A stretch of DNA of 64,000 bases, taken from the NCBI GenBank assembly GCA_038253125.1, contig JBBSHM010000002.1, positions 946-64,945 of the forward strand. The letters run 5' to 3'. A model generated the notes under the pieces. It did not search any database. It worked only from the letters and a program-made list of their open reading frames with translations, and was not told the DNA's origin. Source of the stretch: Acidimicrobiales bacterium. GTDB taxonomy: Bacteria; Actinomycetota; Acidimicrobiia; Acidimicrobiales; JAUJNH01. A program made the translations under genes and the position numbers. Shown piece by piece: positions 56,624 through 64,000 of this stretch (position 1 is the first letter of the stretch; each line of letters opens with the position of its first letter).

Positions 56624-57690
56624 TGGACGACGCGCTGGCGGCGCTGGTGGACGACTACGAGCAGACGTTGGACCGCATGGGCGACCCGGCGGTGCTGTCG
56701 GACCAGCGGGAGCTGCAGCGGGTGGGCCGGCGGGTGAAGCAGCTGGAGCCGGTGGTCGAGGCGGCCCGCCGCCTCCTCGCCGCCCGGCAGGACCGGGCCG
56801 CCGCCCACGACCTGCTGGTGGGCGCCGAGGGCGATGACCGCGCCTCGGTCCAGGCCGAGCTGGCCGGCTCGGAGGAGCTGATCGCCGAGCTGGAGGAGCA
56901 GATGAACATCCTGCTGCTGCCCCGGGACCCGAACGAGGACCGCAACGTCCTGATCGAGATCCGGGGCGCCGAGGGCGGCGAGGAGGCGAACCTGTGGGCC
57001 CGTGACCTCTACGGGATGTACAGCCGCTTCGCCGAGCGTCGGGGGTGGAAGCAGGAGGTGCTGTCGCTGTCGGAGTCAGACATGGGCGGCGTAGGCGAGG
57101 TCACCTTCAAGCTGGCCGGTGACGGCGCCTGGGCCCGCATGAAGCACGAGGCCGGCCCGCACCGGGTGCAGAGGGTGCCCGTCACCGAGAGCCAGGGCCG
57201 CATACACACCAGCTCGGCCACCGTCACCGCCCTGCCCGAGGCCGAGGAGGTGGACGTGCACCTGGAGGACAAGGACCTCAAGTTCGACGTGTACCGGTCG
57301 TCGGGGCCCGGCGGCCAGAGCGTCAACACCACCGACTCGGCCGTGCGCATCACCCACCTGCCGACCGGGCTGGTGGTGTCCATGCAGGACCAGAAGAGCC
57401 AGCTCCAGAACAAGGCCAAGGGGCTGCTGGTCCTGCGCAGCCGGCTGCTGAAGCTGCAGCAGGACGAGCAGTCCGCCGAGTCGTCGGCCACCCGCCGGTC
57501 ACAGGTGGGCGGCGGCGGCCGGGGCGAGAAGATCCGCACCTACAACTACAAGGAGAACCGGGTCACCGATCACCGCATCGGGCTCACCACATACACCCTG
57601 AGCAAGGTGCTGGAGGGCGACCTGGACGAGATCAGCGATGCCCTGGCGGCCGACGAGCGGGCCCGGCTCCTCGGTGCCGCCGGGGCCTGA
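56623..57690 (+). CDS. prfA: Peptide chain release factor 1
   Basis: HRVQRVPVTE (PxT), GPGGQSVNTTDSAVR, IRTYN...RVTDHRI. Confidence 0.97.
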   Translation: MDDALAALVDDYEQTLDRMGDPAVLSDQRELQRVGRRVKQLEPVVEAARRLLAARQDRAAAHDLLVGAEGDDRASVQAELAGSEELIAELEEQMNILLLPRDPNEDRNVLIEIRGAEGGEEANLWARDLYGMYSRFAERRGWKQEVLSLSESDMGGVGEVTFKLAGDGAWARMKHEAGPHRVQRVPVTESQGRIHTSSATVTALPEAEEVDVHLEDKDLKFDVYRSSGPGGQSVNTTDSAVRITHLPTGLVVSMQDQKSQLQNKAKGLLVLRSRLLKLQQDEQSAESSATRRSQVGGGGRGEKIRTYNYKENRVTDHRIGLTTYTLSKVLEGDLDEISDALAADERARLLGAAGA

Positions 57691-57703
57691 GGCCAGTCCG
57701 GCG

Positions 57704-58564
57704 GTGGCCACCTGGCGCGAGCTCGAGCGCCAGGCCCGCGCCCGCCTCGGCGACGAGCAGGAGGCCCGGTGGCTGGTACAGCAGGCCGCCGGCCGCACCG
57801 GCGCGCCGTGGCTGGCCGACCTCGACGACCGGGCGCCCGACCGCTGCCTGGCCTACGTCGAGCAGATGGTGGGCCGGCGGGCTGCCGGCGAGCCCCTGCA
57901 GTACGTGCTGGGCCGCTGGGGCTTCCGCCGCCTCGACCTGTCGATCGACCGGCGGGTGCTGATCCCCCGCCCCGAGACCGAGCAAGTGGTCGAGCACGCC
58001 CTCGCCGAGCTGACCCGCCTGCGCCTGGCCACCGGCCGGTCGCCCTGCGTCGTCGACCTCGGCACCGGGTCGGGCGCCATCGCCCTGTCGGTAGCCGTCG
58101 AGGTGGCCGGCGCCGAGGTGTGGGCCACCGACGCCTCCGAGGGCGCGCTGGCCGTGGCCCGGGCCAACGTCGCCGGCACCGGGGGGATGGCGGCCACCCG
58201 GATCCGGCTGGCCGCCGGCAGCTGGTACGACGCCCTGCCCCCCGAGCTGGCCGGGCGAATCGATCTCGTCGTCTCGAACCCGCCCTACCTGGCCGAGGCC
58301 GAGCTCGGCGACCTCGACCCGGCGGTGGCGGAGTGGGAGCCGACCGCCGCCCTGATCGCCGGCCCCACCGGGCTGGAGGCCATAGAGGCGGTGGTCGACG
58401 GCGCCCTGCGCTGGCTCGGCCGCCCCGGCGCAGTCGTGGTCGAGCTCGCCCCCGCCCAGGCCGACGCCGCGGTGGCGCTCGCCCTCACCGCCGGCTTCGA
58501 CCGGGCGGCCGTCCGCCCCGACCTCACCGGCCGCCCCCGCGCCCTTGTGGCCAGGACCGGCTGA
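57704..58564 (+). CDS. prmC: Release factor glutamine methyltransferase
   Basis: GEPLQY, VLIPRPETE, DLGTGSGAIA, SNPPY. Confidence 0.95.
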   Translation: MATWRELERQARARLGDEQEARWLVQQAAGRTGAPWLADLDDRAPDRCLAYVEQMVGRRAAGEPLQYVLGRWGFRRLDLSIDRRVLIPRPETEQVVEHALAELTRLRLATGRSPCVVDLGTGSGAIALSVAVEVAGAEVWATDASEGALAVARANVAGTGGMAATRIRLAAGSWYDALPPELAGRIDLVVSNPPYLAEAELGDLDPAVAEWEPTAALIAGPTGLEAIEAVVDGALRWLGRPGAVVVELAPAQADAAVALALTAGFDRAAVRPDLTGRPRALVARTG

Positions 58565-58889
58565 GCCAGGGCCGCATCCGCCTCGACTCCGCTAGCGCTA
58601 GCAGGCTCGGCGTCAGGGGTTCGGGGTCCGGCAGGTCGGCTGGGTAGGTGACGATCTCGGCGATGGTGCGGGGGAAGTCGCGCCGGTTGTTGGTGAGGAA
58701 GCGGTCGGCGCCGGATCCTTCACGGATCGGCTTGGAGAGCACCTCCGGGAGCAGCAGCACCGAGCCGATGCCAGCCGGTGGACGGGGTTGGGCGACGGGT
58801 TCCATCGGAAACAGGGCCAACACCCGTCGCCCTAGCGGGTGGCCAGGTGCCGCCGCGAAGATCAGGACGTCGGCGTCGAAGGCGTCCAT
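58524..58889 (-). pseudogene. PIN-domain toxin with internal deletion
   Basis: FDADVLIFA, SVLLLPEVL.KP and GADRFLTNN..DF present; the central part, including the usual 'DA.H.A.A' helix, is missing. Confidence 0.6.
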
Positions 58890-58893
58890 GTCC

Positions 58894-59100
58894 TCAGCCG
58901 GGGCCTCCGTCTCGTTCGGCCCGCACATAGGCCACAAGCTCCTCGGCAGGCTCGTTGCTCAGACCGACCATGAGCGAGAGGTCTGCGTGGCGCCCGGCCT
59001 CCAGGCGGGCATGCAGCGCCGCCGCCGCCGCGAAGGCCCGTTCGGTTCGACGGGCTCGGATCGCGTCCGGTCGCAGGACGACGGCCACCGGCTGACCGTG
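58894..59100 (-). pseudogene. Phd/YefM-like antitoxin, 5'-truncated
   Basis: 'HGQPVAVV.RPD' Phd motif with no N-terminal helix; immediately upstream of the PIN remnant. Confidence 0.55.
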
Positions 59101-59131
59101 CCAACATTTCCGCCGGTAGGCTCGACGCCTG

Positions 59132-60388
59132 ATGGCGCACCCCTCCACCGCCGCTGATCCTGAGGTGTTCGAGATCATCGACGCCGAGCTCGAGCGGCAG
59201 AACACCACGCTTCAGCTGATCGCCTCGGAGAACTTCACCTCGCCGGCGGTCATGGCAGCCACCGGATCCGTCCTTACCAACAAGTACTCCGAGGGCTACC
59301 CGGGCAAGCGCTACTACGGCGGCAACCAACAGGTGGACCGGGTCGAGACGATCGCCATCGACCGGGTCAAGCGGCTGTTCGGGGCCGAGCACGCCAACGT
59401 CCAGCCCCACTCGGGCGCCAACGCCAACACCGCTGCCTACCTGGCCGTCCTCGACCCGGGCGACACCGCCCTCGGCCTGCGCCTCGACCAGGGCGGCCAC
59501 ATCACCCACGGCCTGCCGGTCAGCCTGTCGGGCCGCTTCTACAACTTCGTGTCCTACGGAGTGACGCCGTCAGACGAGCGCATCGACCTCGACCAGGTGC
59601 GCGACCTGGCCCTCCAGCACCGGCCCAAGCTGATCGTGGCCGGCGCCACCGCCTACCCCCGCACCATCGACACCGAGCCGTTCCGCCAGATCGCCGACGA
59701 GGTCGGGGCGCTGCTGATGTTCGACGCCGCCCACATCGCCGGGCTGGTGGCCGGCGGGGCCCACCCGAGCCCGGTGCCCCTGGCTGACATCGTCACCTTC
59801 ACCACCCACAAGACGCTGCGGGGCCCGCGGGGCGGCTGCATCCTGTCGAAGGCCGCGCTGGCCGGGGCCATCGACAAGGGGATCTTCCCGGGCAGCCAGG
59901 GCGGCCCGCTCGACCACGTGGTGGCGGCCAAGGCCGTCGCCTTCGGCGAGGCCATGCAGCCCACCTTCGCCGCCTACGCCGCCCAGGTGGTGGCCAACGC
60001 CCAGGCCCTGGCCGAGGCGCTGGCCGGCGAGGGCTTCCGCCTCGTCTCAGGGGGCACCGACAACCACCTGGTGCTGGTCGACCTGCAGCCCTTCGACGCC
60101 GACCTGACGGGCAAGGTGGCCCAGGAGGTGCTGGACCGGGCCGGGATCACCTGCAACAAGAACACGATCCCGAACGACCCCCGGTCGGCCTTTGTCACGA
60201 GCGGCCTTCGCCTCGGCACCGCGGCCCAGACCACCGCCGGCATGGCCGAGCCCGAGATGGCCGAGGTGGCCCGCCTCCTCGGGCGGGCCCTCCGCCGACG
60301 CCACGACGAGGACGAGGTCGCCGCCACCCGGCACGAGGTCGCCACGCTCTGCTCCAAGTTCACCCCCTACCCCGAGCCGCTGGGGTAG
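59132..60388 (+). CDS. glyA: Serine hydroxymethyltransferase
   Basis: [51 protein letters not shown]. Confidence 0.97.
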   Translation: MAHPSTAADPEVFEIIDAELERQNTTLQLIASENFTSPAVMAATGSVLTNKYSEGYPGKRYYGGNQQVDRVETIAIDRVKRLFGAEHANVQPHSGANANTAAYLAVLDPGDTALGLRLDQGGHITHGLPVSLSGRFYNFVSYGVTPSDERIDLDQVRDLALQHRPKLIVAGATAYPRTIDTEPFRQIADEVGALLMFDAAHIAGLVAGGAHPSPVPLADIVTFTTHKTLRGPRGGCILSKAALAGAIDKGIFPGSQGGPLDHVVAAKAVAFGEAMQPTFAAYAAQVVANAQALAEALAGEGFRLVSGGTDNHLVLVDLQPFDADLTGKVAQEVLDRAGITCNKNTIPNDPRSAFVTSGLRLGTAAQTTAGMAEPEMAEVARLLGRALRRRHDEDEVAATRHEVATLCSKFTPYPEPLG

Positions 60389-60397
60389 CCGCCCCAG

Positions 60398-61561
60398 GTG
60401 CTCGGGACCTACGGCCCGGTCTTCCTGGCGGCGCTCGTCACCACCTGGGTCACCACGTTCGGCTGGCGGGCGTACGCCTGCCGTCGGGCATTCCTGCGCG
60501 TCGAGCCCGACGACCGCCGCATCCACACCCGCACCACGCCCACCGGTGGCGGGTTCGCCATGTGGCTCGCCTTCCTGGTGGCCATGGCCGTGGCCTGGCG
60601 GCTGCCCCGGCTCCACGACATCTTCGACGGCAGCACCGAACCGCTGGGCGTCATCCTCGGCGCCACCATCCTGTTCGGCGTCGGCCTGCTGGACGACATC
60701 CGCGAGGTCTCGCCGCCAGCGAAGCTGGCGGGCACGGTGCTCGGCGCGTCGGTCATGGCCAGCCAGGGCGTGCAGATGCTGTACTTCCGCGTGCCCTTCT
60801 GGGACACCGTCGTGCTCGACCAGAGCACCGGCTTCCTCATCACCGTGGTGTGGGTGGTGCTGGTGACCGAGGCCGTCAACCTGATCGACGGGCTCGACGG
60901 CCTGGCCGCCGGCGTGGCCCTCATCGCCGGGCTCGCCTTCTTCCTGTACGCCAGCCGCCAGGTCGACGCCGGCCTGCTGACCGGCGACACGATCGGCCCG
61001 CTCCTGGCCGTGGTCGTGGTGGGCGTGTGCCTGGGCTTCCTGCCCCACAACTTCCACCCGGCCAGGGTCTTCATGGGCGATGCCGGCGCCCTGTTCCTGG
61101 GGCTGCTGCTGGCCACCTCGACCCTGGTGGTCGGGGGCCGCACCAACGACGAGTTCAGCGGCCAGACCTTCTTCTTCTTCGCTCCTGTCTTCATCCCGTT
61201 CGTGATACTCGGCGTACCGCTGCTGGACACCGCCTTCGCCTTTGTGCGGCGGGTGGTGCAGCGGCGGGGCATCGCCGTGGCCGACAGGGAGCACCTCCAC
61301 CACCGCCTGGTGCGGCTCGGCCACGGGCACCGGCGGGCTGTGCTGATCCTGTGGGCGTGGACGGCCGTGCTGGCCACCCTGGCGCTCGTGCCTACCTACG
61401 CCAGAGGCGCCAACGGGCTGGTGCTGCCCGGGGTGCTGGCCCTCGGCGTGGTGCTCTACACCGTGCTGCACCCCGAGGTCCGGGCCGGGCGGAGGCTGGC
61501 GCCCGCGGCGCCGGTCACCACCGCTCCCGCCGGTCCCGTCGAGGTGCACGAGCAGGCCTGA
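60398..61561 (+). CDS. wecA: WecA/MraY-family polyprenyl-phosphate GlcNAc-1-P transferase
   Basis: GLLDD, NLIDGLDGLAAG, FMGDAG, DREHLHHRL. Confidence 0.88.
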   Translation: MLGTYGPVFLAALVTTWVTTFGWRAYACRRAFLRVEPDDRRIHTRTTPTGGGFAMWLAFLVAMAVAWRLPRLHDIFDGSTEPLGVILGATILFGVGLLDDIREVSPPAKLAGTVLGASVMASQGVQMLYFRVPFWDTVVLDQSTGFLITVVWVVLVTEAVNLIDGLDGLAAGVALIAGLAFFLYASRQVDAGLLTGDTIGPLLAVVVVGVCLGFLPHNFHPARVFMGDAGALFLGLLLATSTLVVGGRTNDEFSGQTFFFFAPVFIPFVILGVPLLDTAFAFVRRVVQRRGIAVADREHLHHRLVRLGHGHRRAVLILWAWTAVLATLALVPTYARGANGLVLPGVLALGVVLYTVLHPEVRAGRRLAPAAPVTTAPAGPVEVHEQA

Positions 61562-61697
61562 GCCCGCCACCGCGCCCCCAGCCGGCACGGGCGGCGAGAG
61601 GTTTCGGCTAGGTTGTCCCGGGATTTGCGGGCCCCGAAACCTGGGTCGTAGATTGCGCAGCAATTCACAAGCGAGGGAGCCAAACCTGGTGAGGAGG

Positions 61698-62036
61698 ATG
61701 GCCGTGGCCATGGTCGACGACCGTGAGCAGGAGCAGCGTCGGCAGCTGAACAAGGGCTTCGGCGCCTCCCTGAACAACGCGTTTGAGATCGCCGTCGTCC
61801 CGGTGATCTTCGCCGGGTTCGGCTGGCTGGTCGACCTGGTCCTGCACACCAGCCCCGTCTTCGCCGCCATCTTCGGCGTGCTCGGGCTCATCGGTACCTT
61901 CGCCAAGCTCTACTACGGCTACAGCTGCACGATGAGCGAGCTCGAAGAGGCGGGCCCGTGGCGCCGAGCCTCGGGCAACGCCCCGGTGAGCGCCGAGGTG
62001 AGCGGTCCCGTGAGCGCCCAGAGGACCGCTTCGTGA
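61698..62036 (+). CDS. AtpZ/AtpI-family membrane protein
   Basis: 'G...GWLVD....T.P.F...F..LG' two-TM pattern at the head of the atp operon; GAGGAGG precedes; start estimated. Confidence 0.78.
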   Translation: MAVAMVDDREQEQRRQLNKGFGASLNNAFEIAVVPVIFAGFGWLVDLVLHTSPVFAAIFGVLGLIGTFAKLYYGYSCTMSELEEAGPWRRASGNAPVSAEVSGPVSAQRTAS

Positions 62037-62532
62037 GCATCGCCACCGGCACGGCCGCGGCCACGGCGGTCGAGGGGCCTGCGGTCGAGCGCATGATCGT
62101 CGCCGACATGCTGCGACGGGGATGGCCGGCGCTGCTGGTGCTGGTCGGCCTCGGTGCCTTCTGGGGTGTCGGCGGGGTCCTGTCCTCCGGCTTCGGCGTG
62201 GGCCTGGCCGTGGCCAATGCCGCCGCTGCCGCCGCCATGGTGTCCGGCGCCGCCCGGGTCAGCCTCGGCCTGCTCTACGCCGCCGCCCTCGGCGGCTACA
62301 TCCTGCGCCTCGGCCTAATCACCGTCGCCGTGCTGTCCGTGGTGCACCAGGCGTGGGTCGAGGTCGTGCCCCTTGGTGCCGCGCTGGTGATCGCCCACCT
62401 CGGCCTGTTCATCTGGGAAGCCCGGTTCGTGTCCACCCAGCTCGCCTACCCCGGCCTGAAGCCCCGCCCGAAGCCCGCCGGGAACCCCGACCCGAAGCCC
62501 GACGAGAAGATCACCGTGAAAGGCGCGCACTG

Positions 62533-62533
<1 letters not shown>
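62033..62533 (+). CDS. ATP synthase subunit I-like membrane protein
   Basis: Four TM helices, 'GGYILRL'; overlaps both neighbours. Confidence 0.75.
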
Positions 62534-63595
<1,062 letters not shown>

Positions 63596-63608
63596 CCCGG
63601 GAGCGCGC

Positions 63609-64000
63609 ATGCCGAACCTGTACCTCCTCCTCGCCCAGGCCGCTCCGGCGGCGGGTGAGGCCGCCACCAGCAAGAACCCGATCGTCCCCGAGGTGAACGA
63701 GCTGATCTACAGCATCCTCGCCTTTGCCGTGCTCATCGTGCTGTTCATCAAGTTCGGCTACCCGCCCATAAAAAAGGCGATGGAGGACCGCACCGAGCGC
63801 ATCCGCACCGACCTCGACAAGGCCGAGTCGGCCAAGACCGACGCCGAATCGATCCTGGAGGAGTACCGCAAGCAGCTGGCCGACGCCAAGGGCGAGTCGA
63901 ACCGCATCATCGACGAGGCCCGCCAGCAGGCCGAGAAGGTCAAGGCCGACCTGCTCGACAACGCCAACAAGGAGGTGGCCGGGCTCAAGGCCAAGGCCAC
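63609..64000 (+). CDS. atpF: F0F1 ATP synthase subunit b (runs off window end)
   Basis: Translated by hand: MPNLYLLLAQAAP...NPIVPEVNELIYSILAFAVLIVLFIKFGYPPIKKAMEDRTERIRTDLDKAE; not in the ORF track because it is truncated. Confidence 0.93.
   Translation, partial: MPNLYLLLAQAAPAAGEAATSKNPIVPEVNELIYSILAFAVLIVLFIKFGYPPIKKAMEDRTERIRTDLDKAESAKTDAESILEEYRKQLADAKGESNRIIDEARQQAEKVKADLLDNANKEVAGLKAKA

Overview
High-GC actinobacterial chromosome segment. Gene content (System I ccm operon, PdtaS-WhiB-DAGK, DUF3107-ArsA pair, argS-lysA-hom-thrC-rho-rpmE-prfA-prmC-glyA-wecA-atp) suggests Acidimicrobiia; this is an inference. It is mostly housekeeping: about 70 CDSs and one tRNA-Arg(CCG). Blocks in order: DUF2786/metallopeptidase, SNF2 helicase, ATP-dependent ligase, ccdA + class E sortase + ccmABCDEFGHI, Fe-S module (IscS-like, SufR-like, Mrp), sigma/anti-sigma genes, etfBA, a small decayed accessory island (ABC-ATPase/TOPRIM remnant, DUF222-HNH remnant, vapBC), DNA glycosylases, and the start of the ATP synthase operon. 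The most unusual signals are repeats. (1) A 33-bp element sits inside at least three unrelated protein-coding genes, in both orientations and four different reading frames. (2) A 48-bp hairpin is present three times in intergenic gaps. (3) An inverted repeat pair brackets a secreted-protein gene. (4) An array of TGCCCGGGCA palindromes lies upstream of the cysteine desulfurase. I found no CRISPR array, rRNA, integrase or transposase. All product calls come from motif recognition by eye, not database searches, and many start codons are estimates.
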